NCBI GenBank assembly: GCA_905331295.1
Contig: CAJNYD010000044.1
Location: forward strand, 124,001 to 188,000
DNA from: Rotaria socialis
Lineage: Eukaryota
Direction: 5' to 3'
DNA length: 64,000 nucleotides
Shown: one piece after another, positions 38,701 to 53,431 of the stretch
Position numbering within the stretch: the stretch's first letter is position 1
Layout: every line of letters begins with the position of its first letter
Made by a program: the position numbers and the translations under genes
The notes under the pieces: model-generated
Told to the model about the DNA's origin: nothing
Seen by the model: only the letters and a program-made list of their open reading frames with translations
Database searches by the model: none

Positions 38701-40480
38701 ATTCACAAATTGACAATAATCATTAATAAATGTATATAACTATACATAACCAAATGTCGAACCGTAGACTTAACGCAATCCATCATTTTCGATAGAAAAT
38801 GGCTGTCTTGTCAACAAAAAGAAATATATATATATATATATACATCTAACCACGATAATTAAACTTATGGCTGATATCAAAGATCTTTAAAAAATACAGG
38901 TCACACGAGTGCACCGAGAAAAACTACAATAATGGTTAAATCACGCGCATCCTCCTTCTGCACTCTAGGGTCGATATAAGAAGCAACAAAGATAGACATG
39001 TGTTGACATCGCGCCATATCTCTGACTAACGTTGAATATCTATTATACATACATATATATATATATATATATATCGCCGCCCATCTTATTTCTACTTACA
39101 CTACTGTAGAAAGAAGTATCTGTCTATCAACAACAAGACAAAATGATGATAGACATGCATATCTGATTTGTCGCTTATAGAATATACACACTTGAAAAGA
39201 ACAAAATATATTGAACAAAGACGGATCAATGTAGATGATATTTATTGACCTAATAAAATAATTGTGACATGCGTTAGACTTAATAGAACAATACTAAATT
39301 TTTTTCATTTTTCACCTAAAAGATAGTTTTATATTGTCTTTTTCTTTGCCATAAAAACTAAGTCCATTAAAAAACTCTACGACGTAAACGTATCTGCACA
39401 TGTATCAAGCACCTATTTGTTTGTAAGCAAGGTATTGAATCAAGAAAACGATAAATAAATAAAATTGATAAGATTAATATTTCTTTTGTCTAGAAACAAA
39501 TTGTTCGAGCCATTTAGTTGTATGTTCTCAATTGTGTACCGAAAATTTGTCTGATGGACTTTTTTACCGACGGACATACTTCACCTCGACAGCGAATTCT
39601 TTCTTTCTCGCAATTCATAACTATGCTCTTATTCACTTCTATATTTCTTTGACTAGTTCAATTTTACTTATGGTCATCAAGCAAAATCCCTGAAACAAAC
39701 TTACGATTCAATACATTCCCAAAGGCAATAAGACCGTATGGGTTCGATGTACCAGTGATTGTTCATGTATGTGCAATTTTATATTACATCAAGTCAAATA
39801 ATGAAACAAAATGCTTTTCTTTTGTTCTGATTCTTTTCTTGTTGAAATCATTTTGACACATAGTCAAACAGTCGAATGAATGAACGAATAATGAAGAAAA
39901 AGAAGACCGATTTTTATTATCATCATCATCATCCCAAATACACACACACTGGTTATTTTCTGTCAAACGCAATGTGCAGGAAATCAAAAAAAACGATCTC
40001 ACTGTGCAACAAACCACAGACACACACAAGAAAGAAAATTTTGCACAAGAGAAAAAAAACAAACATCGAGGTCGACAGTACAATGTGTACATACAACTTT
40101 TCAGTGAAACAAGAAGGAAAAAAGTACTTGTATATATATACTACCCATCTCCCTTGAACAATAACGCAACTGTTACATTGTATTCAGTAGAACGAGGGAC
40201 AAGAGAAAGAAAATAAAGGATACATATTAAAAATAAAGCGAGAGAGAGTGAGCGACAGTCGAACGAATGCGCAGTTGATCTGTACAAATAATGTTAGTTG
40301 ATTTCTTTTTCTTGGTATAAGCGAGTTTGTGAATTAAAGTAAAAGATGTACATGGTTGAATTGTGCATATGTAGATGATGCACATCATTTGCATAGAAAC
40401 CAAAGAAAAAAATCATTGAACAAAAACGACAGACGGAGAAAAACAAAGATAAGAGGGAAAGAAAAAAAGAAACGTTAAAA

Positions 40481-42400
40481 CTACAATGAATTACCACGAG
40501 AGGTAAGACAACCTGCTGTCGATTTCGACAATGAATGTAAGTCTTTTAATTGATTATTACTATGTCCACCACGACGACGTGGAACTAATGATAAACATAA
40601 GTCTCTCGATGAAGGGAACTTTAACCATGAAGATTGTAAACATTGATCTAATGAAGGTCTTTCTGATGATCTTATTGATAAACATTGTTCAATTAGTTGT
40701 ATACATTCTAAAATGAATTCGTAAATATATAATTAACAATGTTTCATTAGTATAACATTTAGGGCGATATGCTCGTTTATGATGTTACATAGCGTGACAA
40801 GTCGTTTTTTTCCTTCTTCTTCTTTTAATACATTATACATTCATAAGAAAGCCCATAGGAAAAAAAGAAAATATTTCTTTTCACAAAACGAAACATTTCC
40901 ATTGATTAGATCGTGTTATTTTAAATAGTTGAAGTAGTATTTTTTCTCCTTAACAACAAGAATACTGATATATAATTTGTGTTCTACATTTTGACTATCA
41001 TCACTAACTACTATTTTGTCAATTGAGTACTATGTTTTGTTAATAGTTTAATATTTTACCTGGCGAAAGATGACTTGGAAATGGTGGTTGGCATTTAATT
41101 ATAGCTAAATCGTCCGAAAATGGAATATCACCACATACTAAATCGTATAAAAGTATTCCTAATGACCAGACTGTTTGTGGTAAACCAAAGTATCGTCGAC
41201 ATGTAACCCATTCCGGAGCTGCATAACAAGATGTCCCTTCGAAATCAGTATAAATTCCATCTTGTAATAGAGCACCAGAACCAAAATCAATTAAATACAA
41301 CTGTCCACTACGCATATCAACAAGAAAATTTTCATCTTTAATATCTCGATGAAGAACCTTTACAAATAAAAGAAAAAAATTCGTTTAGAATATTAAAAAT
41401 TGTTAACTAGTTAATTTTTCTTCTTTTTTACTTACTCCACATGCATGTACATCTTTTAGAATTTGTATAATTTGCTTAAAGAAATCGCGTGCTAAACGCT
41501 CATCAAGACCGCCTGGACGTTCAGATATAAAATCATATAAATCACAACAACGATCAGGCCGTTCAAGGACAATAACAAGTTGATCATTGTGAATAAAATA
41601 TTCTAACATATGTATAACATTTTTTACTTTAGCTACACGACGTAATAAAACAACTTCAAGTGGTAATTTTCCGTCAGCCTAAAACAAAACAAATGATGAA
41701 GTTTAATTAATTTCGTTACTTAACTATCTATTGATATCTTACTGAATTTGTTTCACGCATTCGTTTTTTTGCTACAACTTTAATTGCTACTTGCATACCA
41801 TCTTTTTTTCTTACGCCGGCATACACATCTCCAAAACCACCTGATGCCAGTTTATGGGCTATTAAATATCGTGCATGGAGAGGATCAACAACAGCTTAAA
41901 TAAACACAGAAATTAATATATATCGAAAAAAAAAGTTAAAAATCAACTAATATTTCTATCAATTCATTTTTATCTCCATTTTAGAAAATATACAGTCAAC
42001 GAAGACACATTATAGAAAATATTCTTTCTACCATATTCACCTCAGTGAATTATACTGTCTTATTGTATGACGACAAGAAATAGAACCTATTGTACATTAA
42101 CCATATATTTCTGGTATATATCATCATCGATTATACCAATGACAAGCTTTCAAACAAAAGAGATGAGTGAACGTAATAACCAATATTTTTACTATCTTCA
42201 ATATTTATACTCTTTCACCTATAGATGATAAGATAATCGTAAACAATTTGATTGAACTTACTTGATCGAGCTTTGTTTGTTGATGTTGTACTAGTTTCTG
42301 GCCGTTGTTGATGAACTGTTGTGTCTTGTTGTTGTGGATGATGATTATTATTATGATGATGCTGTTGCTGAGAAGAAGGAGGAAGAACAAGGGTAGTCAT
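40481..42400 (-). CDS. PIM: Pim-family Ser/Thr kinase
   Basis: Five coding exons: [25 protein letters not shown], hinge [59 protein letters not shown]. Ends ..SRGNSL*. Confidence 0.95.
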
Positions 42401-44863
42401 AATGATAAAAGACGATCGTTTTATTGATCTTGATATTAGAAATTTGTTGTCTTTCAGTAAATGTCGATTATTGTAGAATAAGAATAGTAGAAATTTTGAC
42501 TAGTAAAATGCTTATCTAAAATATCAAATATGAAAATATTTGTTTCATTGACAACAAAATGATTGCGAACTACTGTGCATACGTGTATGCGTGAGTGTGT
42601 TGCGATAATGGGAGAAAAAAATTGCAAAATGAATTGTCTTTTCTTTTTCTTTCTTTTTTTTCTTTCTCATTTTCTTTTGTCTCGCTTTATTGTATGCGCA
42701 ATTCAAGGGATATTCTCATCGTCAGAAAGCGAGAGAGACACAGAGAAGGAAAAAAAAGAGGAAGAAAACGATATGTCTATCCAACAAAAACACAATGACG
42801 ACGATGCTGCTTCTGTTTACTGCTTGCCAACCGACATGACCCGTTCTATCATTACTGGCGAACGAAAAAGAAAAGGAAGAAAAAAAGAAAAGAAATACAA
42901 ATATGCGCGCGAGTGCGTCCATGAATGAGTTGTGCGCAAACAAGCACGGCCGAATAAAAAAAAATGTAGGTGAAAGAAGCCAATCCTTTGCATTGGCTAA
43001 CATCCAAAATAAATAGTTGAATGAAACAAGCGCACATTAGAGGTTTCTTTTTTTCTTGCCGCTCTCATGCTCGTACTTGGCTGGTAACCAAAAAAAATAG
43101 CCGAATAGCATGCTGTTCTTTATTTTGCGACAGACATAAACGTAGGAGGGCAAAGCGGAGGAGGAAATATTATAGTGCCGAGTACGCACGACGTCATCAG
43201 AAGTAGACGAAGGAGAAGAATCCTATTCAAACAATTGGTTTAATTAAAACAAAAGAAAGATAACGAACGATGGATCAAGCAAATGTCTTTGCCATCATTA
43301 GACTAATTCGATGGTGATATAGACGAATGCGTAGGACATAATAAACAATCATTTCTAGTTGTGATAGAAGAAGCAAAGGATGTAAATATATAGCTATATG
43401 AATAAAGAGAGACAGACGACTGTAGTGATGATGAAGAAGAGAAGGAGGAGGAGGACGATCTTGCCTTTTTCGTCTATTCCAAATAAATAATAACAAACAG
43501 AATGAAAAGGACACGTTGTTCAAATCGAAGTTCAAATCAGACAAACAAAGAACTGTCTGTCAACTAACTGATTAAATGCATATATATTTTATTCGTCTAC
43601 GAAAGAGAAAAAAACGTTATTCTCAATTAGTTTAAAATGAAAAAAGAAATTCTTTACATACCTGGTGAAAATAAAAAAATATTTACTTGAAAACGTACAT
43701 TAAACAGACGAAAGAGAAGGATAGAGGGAAACGACCCAAACCTGTCTTTATTTTCACGATATTCATACGGTAATATAGAAATAATTATATCAAACGGAAT
43801 TTTTTTTTCTTCTTTTGAATAGAACTAGTAAATTGTCAAGTAACATTATATTCAAAACAAAATTACTGATATTCAAAAGTTTACTAGATTATTCTTGTCT
43901 ATTCATGCTAGAAAAGAAAAAGCCTACACGTACTAATTCTACCTGTATTTGGTTAAGAATATGTTTGTGATTTTTGAAATCATTGATATAGTATAGGAAG
44001 AGAAAAATAAAACGGAAGTACCTATAACTGATACCTCTATTTTATTTTTTCATTAAAAATATCACGTCTATTTAGTTACTATAAAGTGTCGGTTAGTGTA
44101 GACGTTTGCATTCGTCTTGCCCTATTCGAGTAATTGAAAAGAAGAAAAAGAGCAGAATATTCTAGATGGTAAGTTTTTAAATGAAATTTTCGGGGAAAAT
44201 CGTCACCATCGCAAATCTCGAAGCTCCGTACATGTAAAGTTCGAGCAAACATACATTCATACGCACATCTACGTTTTTTTGGTTCATGAGTAATCAATAG
44301 TGTATTGGCGTTCGTTTTGTTGCTTCCTTCGGTTGCCATTTTCTTCCATGTACTATTTCATGTTGTTGCGAAAGTTTTCATAAATTATATACGTCAATAA
44401 TGACTCAGTACATACTCCTGCATGCATAGGAACTAAGAGATACGATTTTCTAGTTTCTGACATGTTGAATACATATCGATGAAATAAAATTTAAAAAAAA
44501 AATTTAAAACAAGACGGCAATTATTCAATTGTAACATGTTGAATTAATAGAATATTCGTCAGCAGGCGTCTTTTTTATCTCAGATAAATCATACAGATGC
44601 AAAATAGAAAAATACGCCATATGATGCCAAATGACTATGCCCTTAAAATCTGTACGAAATGCTACATTTATATGCGTCTTAAAATGCTGTTATTATTGTC
44701 GGGTGATGTGAGAGTGACCTCGACATGAATGAATGTGCATCAGGATATTTACAAGATGCTTCTATGATAGATAGAAATAAAAAGAATCAAACTCGAGTAG
44801 TATGAGTGCAAACGTTTCAAAGGAATTGGCATACTTTCGTATGTAAGTGACTATTACTCATCG

Positions 44864-44865
<2 letters not shown>

Positions 44866-44897
<32 letters not shown>
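44866..44897. repeat. (TA)n microsatellite
   Basis: About 16 TA units. Confidence 0.95.
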
Positions 44898-44900
<3 letters not shown>

Positions 44901-46004
44901 CGCTATATATGATGATTACTAACCTGAGTATTTTCTTCTACGTATATACATATTTAATAATGGCAAATAATAGAGTACGAGCTTATTTATTTAATTATTC
45001 GAAGGAAGAAGAAGAAAAATATATGTAAATGGTGTCAATACTAATATTCCTATAAGCAAATATATATATAAATCAATCTATGAGTAGGATGATGTCGTCA
45101 CTTACAGTATCGAAAAATATATATTTGTCATGTTTTGTTTTTCTCTCTGGTACTATTCCCACGTTTCACACACGATTAACACATAGGTGGGATCAAGTAT
45201 ATAACTGAATGGGAATTACATAAACGCCCAGAATATCTCATGAAAATGCGAAATATAGAACATCTAAAAATAGCAACAAGTGTCTGCTCAGATAACTTTG
45301 AGGATAAACAATGTATATATGTTTATGTAAATAACATTGATTTAAAGATAATCGAATGTCTATCCGATTGCGTTACAAGCATATATAAAAAGAAAAATGT
45401 GCTAACATGAAATTTAATCTGGTCTTCTGAAGATAGATATGTGACTGACAGACAGCAGATGAGGAAAAAATAGAGCTCGGCGTCCGACATTGAAAACGAA
45501 CATGTCACTGATCAATTTGTCTATGTTATTTGATCTTTATAGTATATATGTATATGTTATCTATGTCTGATTTTTAAGTTGAAAAAAGTAGACATAAAAT
45601 TTATTTTGTTTCTCTAATACATCGTAATGCCATTTTTATACAAAGAAACAATAACAACAACAACACTGAAAGTGAATCTATGACAACAGTTATTATATAA
45701 GAAACTTTCATTGAGAAATTATTTATGCATGTATGAATTTAGTTTGTTCGACTGGAAAAAGTGCAAGTAGAGCCACAACGTTCTGACTGTTTTTTTTTCA
45801 TTAGTAAATTAATTCACGGAGAATAGAGAAAGCATAACAACCTGTCATGAATGGATTCATTTATGATATTTAAATGCTAATTTCATATGAAGCATAAAAA
45901 AGAAGACTACCTTTTTTCTCCATTAGAAGATTAGATTGAGAAATTATGAATCAATTACAGTTATTTGATTTTTTATTTACAGAATAGACAAGAAATACAA
46001 GTAA

Positions 46005-47342
46005 TTAATCATCTCCATCAAATCCACTTTCATCCATAAATGAAAGCAATTGTGTTTTAGTCTTTTTAGGTTCATTCACATGTTGATGATGATGACTTTC
46101 TTTTTCTGTAGTTGTTGATGCTGTTGTATGTTTTCGTTTATTTGTTTTATTTGATGCCATTTCAACAATATCAGATTTACTTGCTGTAGTTGTAGTGTCG
46201 CTTTCATCTGATTTTTCTTTCGGCTTCCGAAACAATAAACGCCCAGTCGAGTCAATGCAATTTTTTTCTTCCTCAGCTTAAAATAATAATAAAAAATTTC
46301 CATGAAAATTTTCAATACAAAAAGAAAACATTTAAATAATTTATTGAACTGATCTATATGTAAATAAGTTTGAAAAATATGGCATTTATTTACAACAGAA
46401 GTTTGCAATTTTATGTTAAATATAGTTGCTCACAGCCTTGACCTCAACTGGATACATTACTAAATTTCATGTACTTTTAAAATGAAAACAAATCTATCAT
46501 TTTAATATTAATATTAATGCGTCTAAAGCGTAATTTGTTTTCAAATGCAATATAGAAAAAAAATGATACAATCATATCTATTTTTGGAACAGCTGTATTT
46601 GATGAGACTAAAAACAAGCGTCTCAATAATCATTCTGAATATTAAATTTAGAAAATATTTCACTGTATCATATAGATAGAAACAATTGTTTTGTCCGTCA
46701 TAACAGAAAACACTATTTTATTTTGTAATAGGAGTGTTATGATGGAAAACCGAATCCTCGCTTTGATTAATAGCCTGTTTTTGCGACCTCGAGACAATTC
46801 AAGGTGAAAAACACAGATAGCTTTTCTTTCTGAACTTGAAAACTTGGAAATAAATAATTTACCTTCTTTTACTTTTGCTATTTCAATGTCAACTTCTTCT
46901 TTACTTAAATCGGTGACACCTAATTGAACTATTTGAGGTTTTTCATCATCTTTTCTATAATCTCCATCGCGTGGTCCTTCATCATTGTCACTGGTATCAT
47001 TCATAAGTGTTCTACGCTAATATTCAAATATAATAAAAATCATCAGAATGAAGGATTCAAAATATTAAAAGAAAATTCTACTTTATCATCAGTTGTTGCT
47101 GGTGCTTTGTATCCAGTACGTTCTTTAAATTGTCTTATAAATGCAGGTTCTTCGCCTGAATTATACGAAAGTTTTCCTAGTTTAGTACTACCACCGCCAC
47201 CACCTCTTCCACCGCCTCTTCCACCCCCTCTTCCGCCGCCTCCGCCGCCTCCGCCGCTTCCACCACCACCACCTCCTCTGCCACCACCTCCGGACCCACC
47301 AGAGGACCTATTTTGTCGTCCACCATGTCTCTGTTTAGTCAT
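46005..47342 (-). CDS. KIAA1143: KIAA1143 (DUF4604) homologue with Gly/RGG-rich N-terminus
   Basis: Three exons: LSYNSGEEPAFIRQFKERTGYK, DEKPQIVQL...DLSKEEV, GRLLFRKP, LLSFMDE. These match DUF4604 motifs EPAFL.RFK...GY, EQPQVV, GRI.FRKP and LLSF. Confidence 0.88.
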
Positions 47343-49685
47343 TATTTACAATCTACAAATAAAGAAAACAAAAGTATTTCTTCATTTTTCAAACGAAGAG
47401 ATAACATAGAAACAATGTTGTTTTTTTGTTCATGTTCTTCAATTTTATTATTTGTTCTTTTTTTATTATTTATTTTAGGACATTCATGTTTCTTTAAATA
47501 TCAGTATTAGTTTATTTTAAAACATAGTAGGATTCCTTTCTGATAATACATTTCAATCATATTTATAACAAGGACAATATAAAATAATAGAATTGTCTTA
47601 ATAATAAATATTGAAGTCGTAGATATTTTGATTGAATCGAAAAATTCAAGGATATCGTTCTTTCTTCTTCTTTGTACATAACAATATAATTAAAAATTGA
47701 AAGACTAAAATTAATATGTCACTTGACCTAAAAATCAATCGAATTTTTTCATATTTTACATTGAAATTATTTCATTAAACTAATCTTACTAGTTTTATAT
47801 AACAAAGAAATAAAGGTAGTCATAAGAGTCATTCAATAGACGAGTTAAAGTAATTCACACTGAAACGTACGGATACGATGCTTGATAAGGGTAACGATGT
47901 AAATATGTTTTTCTATAGAATACAATGGTTCTAATAATAGCTTTTTGTTATTCAATCGTTTCTAGATTATTTTCAAGTCGTTAATAACACAATAGATTGA
48001 TGACGATAAGATTCACTACACGTTATTTTTCACGTGTGATTGCTGAGTGTGTTAATTACGATTCTACAGTAAAAGCAAACCATGAGATTGCTCATATAAA
48101 ACTTAGACAAGAATATAAAATGCGCAAAATGCAAACTTAAAGCAGAAACCTTTTTTCTTTTCGATTTAAATGTATGTTAAGATAAAGTGTGGCAAACTCA
48201 TTAACAATATGTGCATTGTGAATTTTTTTTCAATCATGTTTTAAACTGAAAATTGAAGTGCTTTTAGATGACTTAATTTTATTTAAAAGCAGGTCAACAA
48301 TTGTTAACTGATAAGGCTTTTTTAATTTTCTTATATGTGAATAACGTCAAACTGTTCGCATTTTTTGGATTAAACGTAAAAATAACATGATTCTAATTCG
48401 ATCATCTTGTCAATCAGTTTTTTGGATTTTGTTTCGAACATAAACGCAAATACGACAATTGAAATTTAAATATTCTTCATCAATTTGTAACGCTCTATCT
48501 AATAATAAATGACAAGATAAAACTAAATTTTGTTTTTACATTTACCGGCATCTTAAAAAAATTTTTTTTCCTATTCTCTTGAAATTATTGAGATCGAATC
48601 GACTGAGAAATTCAGCAACTCTGATGGTATCTAAGATATTGAATAGCCATACTAAATTGATTCTCTGACAAACTCAAAGGATAATAAATTCTATTGATTA
48701 CACGGAAGTGCACCATTCAAAGAAAAACAATTGCAAGAGTATACAAAAAACTTTCCTATTCAAAAGAAGTTTTGCGGAAACTGAATCATTGAGTAACTAC
48801 AAAAAAAAGAAAGAAACAATAGAGAAATACTTTCGTAAGATTTTGTTTTTCATTTGAATTCACATGCGCAAGAACAATTTCAACACTAATATTTTCTCAT
48901 AATATGTGATAACTATTGAATAAAACTTTTCATCATTCGTAGACTCATTAGAAAGATTCGTAGAAACAAGCACGCTCTCAAGATAATTTCATAGTTATTC
49001 CAAGAAAATCGAGTTTTGTTATTTTTTACATGTCGATCAGACAAAAGTAATCCGAAGGTAATTTTTTCACTGAAGTCGTACTAAAAGGGTTACACGTCAT
49101 TGTCTCGTATAAATTGATAATATTCATTTTGTTTTTCAAAAGAAAATATCATATTTCTAATTTTATGAAAAATGCTCTTTCCCGATTAAGAAAAAAAAAG
49201 AATCCATATCAATTACTTTTTCGTATCACATATCCTTGAATGTTGATCACGCATTGTATATAATCATCCATATTTTCGTCTAGGATAACAAGAAAATAAA
49301 CATCGAATAAACATAATACAATTGAAAAAAATAAACCAACCTTCTTTTTTACCCGATGGCAAGCGACTCTTTAAACAAAAAAGAAAGATTAAATTCGAAT
49401 ATCACTTGTTTATATTTGCAATACGAATAGAAGTTTCTGCTACATATGTTGAGTGAGATTTCTTTCCACGAAAAAAAACCAATGAAAGTTTTACAGTTGT
49501 TTTTTTCCAATATACATGATCCATAGACAAACAAAAACATACAGACATTAAAAAAAACTGTTTGTACATGCAATGGAGATGACTACATATGGTGTTTTTT
49601 CTTATCTAATATGAAACTCATCGGTGAACAAAAACGATGAAATTCTGGAAGAAAAATAAAAATGGATAATTTATTTGCATTTTTT

Positions 49686-51520
49686 TTATCGTCTCATAGG
49701 TCGTTTAGATGGAATTGGTCCATCGTCATCATCATATCTTGAACCGGAACGTTTTAGAATTGGACGATCTCGATGAGATGAACGATTGCCATGATCTCGA
49801 GGATTTCGAAATGAACTTTCTTGAGGATCCATCAATGATGAATAATTCGTACGTGACGAGGACGATGATGTAGTTCCATAATCTCTTGGCTGGGACATTG
49901 GACGATAGTTAAAATCTTGTACATATTGTTCACGTGGAATGTACGATGATGATGAAGATGGTGATGACATCGAAACATTTGATGAACTTCTATACAAGTC
50001 ATTGCGATAACTAGACGATGATACAGGCACCATTGGATAATCACGTGATGATGTATTATTTCGATTTGCTACAAAGTAAAGGATTCATTTTTTTTTCTTT
50101 TTGATTGTTGACAAAGTTTTAAGAAAATATGTATGTACAACTTTCGAATATTTTTCTGAGATCTACATATTAGAGAGGTGATATTTTGCTGGTTTCTCTT
50201 TCAAATTATGATTAGTTTTATATTTTGAATAATTATTTTGTTGTTACGATTGAATACAATTGAATTGAAATACGGCCATGATAGATTTTCTCTGATCCAT
50301 GTACATAGAATATCAATCATTATAAATAAAGATATGAGTACGCATGTCTGAGGAATTAATCATTATGATAATGAATGATTTATATCTGCTTGTTGAATAT
50401 GATCAAACGGAGGGAAAAGAAACAGGATATTGTTTTGTTATGTTTAGTTAAATTAACCGAAACCTTAATGAATTGTATACAAATGAAATAGGAACAAACG
50501 ATCATTTTTCAATGAGCGATAAAAGGAGAAAGGAACATGATGATCGTGTTAACAGCAGTGGATTAATTGAAAAACAATTGGCCTACATTATTACTTACAT
50601 GGTATATCGTACCGGTCAGAACGTGGAGGATAATCATTTGCTCGATACATTTCACCATATGGATCGTCACGCATGGATAGAGGAGCTAAAGATGGAGGCG
50701 TGGCAGATCTGCATTCATTACTCATGTATATATCATTATTGATATTTCGAGATCCATAATCCATTGATCGTTCATTTCGATAGGATGCTACAGGTGGTGG
50801 AGGACTATTTCGTCTGAAAATATTTTGTAAATGATGAAAATATTTAATTAGAATCTAGAAAAACAAAACTTACCGATAATTTGTTGGTATATATCGACTA
50901 CGGTCTGAATCAATATGTTGCGATGACAACGGTACTGATGATGATCCACGATCACGTAGACGTGGCGACATTGACTGAGAAGAAGCATAGTATAGAGATG
51001 TTGGAGGTAATGAAACATTGGAAAGAACCAGGTGTTCATTTGCGGATGATCGATATGTATCACAATGATTTGATGGTCGATCAAATCTTGATGGAGGTGA
51101 ATGGTTATCATAATAATTTGTTTGAACATTGTTTGCTCGATTAGATGATGAAGAAGAGGAAGAAAAATGCGATGGGGCTTGAAAATCATCATCTTGCTGA
51201 TAACGATTATGTTTCGGTAGACCATTTCGTGATGAAATAGGCCGAGAATTAACTGAACTACGTGACGTACGATAATTAAAATTTTCATTTTCTGAGCCTC
51301 GTGATGAAAAATTACCATTATGATCATTTTCACTACCACGCGAAAATCGTCCACTGAAACAAAAAAAATTTCTTTTAATTGTATAGATTGAAAAAATATA
51401 ATGTTTTTTTTACCGAGAATTTCTGCTTGTCGATCGTTCAGTATAATTATTCCGATTCGTAGAAAAGTTATTATGTCGATCACGATATCGACCACGATAA
51501 CCGTCACGTGAACTCTCCAT
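49686..51520 (-). CDS. Arg/Asp/Ser/Tyr-rich low-complexity protein (hnRNP G/RBMX tail-like)
   Basis: Four exons join in frame: MESSRDGYRGRYRDRHNN..|..YPSANEHLVLSN..|RNSPPPPVASYRNERSMDY..|SNRNNTSSRDYP..PRDY..GPIPSKRPMRR*. No folded domain recognised. Confidence 0.75.
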
Positions 51521-53160
51521 ATCTATATCTATATATATATATATATATATGACTAGTATAAATAACAAACCGATCACGAAATACGACAAATAATCAGTAT
51601 ACGAGTGTATATATTCTAATGAATGTCTGGAACAAATGTATATGAGAAACAAGACCTTTCACTCTTCTCTTTCTATTATATTGAACGGGAGCGGAAAAGA
51701 AAACACATGGACAAAAGTATCGAACAAAATACAGATACAATGATCATTGTTTTTTTCCTCTTTATGTTGATTTTATACGAAACAGACAAATGGATCATAT
51801 CAGTGCAGAGAGAGAAAGCATTGATCTCATCGAACGTATTCAGGCTATCCTCTTAGGAACTACATAGTAAATGTTTTATTCTATGATTCATTTATATTGA
51901 CCAACGGCAAAAATACTTTCGAATCAAAATATACAGTTAAGATCAATTCACAATAGAACCATTTTGTTAAATATTTTTGATACATTATTAAACGATAGGA
52001 TCTGCTATCGATTGTATTATCGAATTTAGAAAATTGCATTTAAGATTTTGTATTTTATAAGGTTCTCTATTCACTAATTAACATTAATAGAAAAAAGGTT
52101 AGAACTCTGATATTGCGTACTTAGTGAGGGAATTCATCGAATCAACCATGAAATGACTTATTAGCTAATGTTATTCAAGAATATAATGAGGTTCTACTTT
52201 GAATCTCATGAACAATTTATAATATATACTCGAAATATGGTTAAGTGATATTCCAGCAAACAATATTTTGTAAATAATTGATTATGTAAACCATAATTCT
52301 CTATAGACCTTTATGTAGTAGATCTAGATTCTTATTTCATTAGAAATAACATGTCAAACTGTAGCGCCCGTTTTCTTTTTAATCAATTTACACTTTTTGT
52401 CCTAATGAAAAGACTAAGGAGTACACACTACAATGAACAATAATCAAAACGTTCTTCTCTCTGTTCTTCTGTTATAATAGCCAAGAGGCATAATTACAAA
52501 AAAATCAGACATTATGGTTCAACATATTTTCCACATCCACACCCAAAAAAAGTCATTCGATATAATGAAGGGCGATCGGGAATACCGACGCTTGTGTTCA
52601 GAAAAATCATTTCGGACTATTCTTCTGATCAGAAAACCAGGTATCGGGAGGCTTGAAAAGGCAATGCAATAGGTGTTTTATTTGTATATAATTTCGATTC
52701 GAAAGCATTTTATTCATTTCCTTTTTATAATAATATGAACATAGACAGATGAGTTAATTCTATAAAAAGCAACCACTAACATATTTCCTTCTAAATGTGC
52801 GGGTCGATGAATTCAGTCCCGGAAATTATAAAACTAAAGAATCAAATACTTGTCTCTGTCAATCTTCACAGGAAAAAGTTAGACATCTTTGATTGCCGTT
52901 TTTAAGATTCAAATGAGAGAGAGAGAAAAAAAATAAAACAAAATAAAACAAAACAAAACAGATGAGTGTGTTTTCTACACACGCCTTGCTCGAAGTTTTT
53001 TTTTAATGCTAATATATTTTTTTCTCAGTAAAAGGACAAGAAATACACGATAGATTAGATAGTGAACCAAAGAAAAAAAGGACAAAAAAAAAAGAAAATG
53101 ACATTCTGTTTTAATTAGTTGTTCGCATTTCAAAGTGAAAATAGAATGAACAAAAGACGT

Positions 53161-53197
53161 ACACACACGCGCACACACACACACACACACACACACA
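53161..53197. repeat. (CA)n microsatellite in the presumed striatin 3' UTR
   Basis: acacacacgcgcacacacacacacacacacacacaca. Confidence 0.9.
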
Positions 53198-53431
53198 TGT
53201 TGATGTTTTTATGTACACCAAAAAAAAAAACGAGGAAAAAAAGAATAAATTTGCATGTAAAGAAATTTGTGTTTTTTATAAAAACAGAATTCGTGTGACA
53301 AAATTACAGATGATGGTTTTTGTTTTATATCTGGTACACCAAGGAGACAGAAAAGAAATGATAAAGATGACAACACAAAACTAGAGACTCTGCATGCTAA
53401 AAAGAAGAAGAGACATCAAGATTTTTATTAT

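Noticed and set aside
39784..40497. Several 60-100 aa ORFs downstream of Pim
   Set aside because: Low-complexity U-rich 3' UTR-like sequence producing spurious ORFs.
42563..43544. Overlapping ORFs upstream of Pim
   Set aside because: Purine/pyrimidine-tract intron or regulatory sequence with no coding signature.
46924..47409. 161-aa plus-strand poly-Pro ORF
   Set aside because: Antisense shadow of the Gly-rich KIAA1143 exon.
50848..51507. 219-aa hydrophobic minus-strand ORF
   Set aside because: Alternative frame across two exons and an intron of the R/D/S-rich gene.
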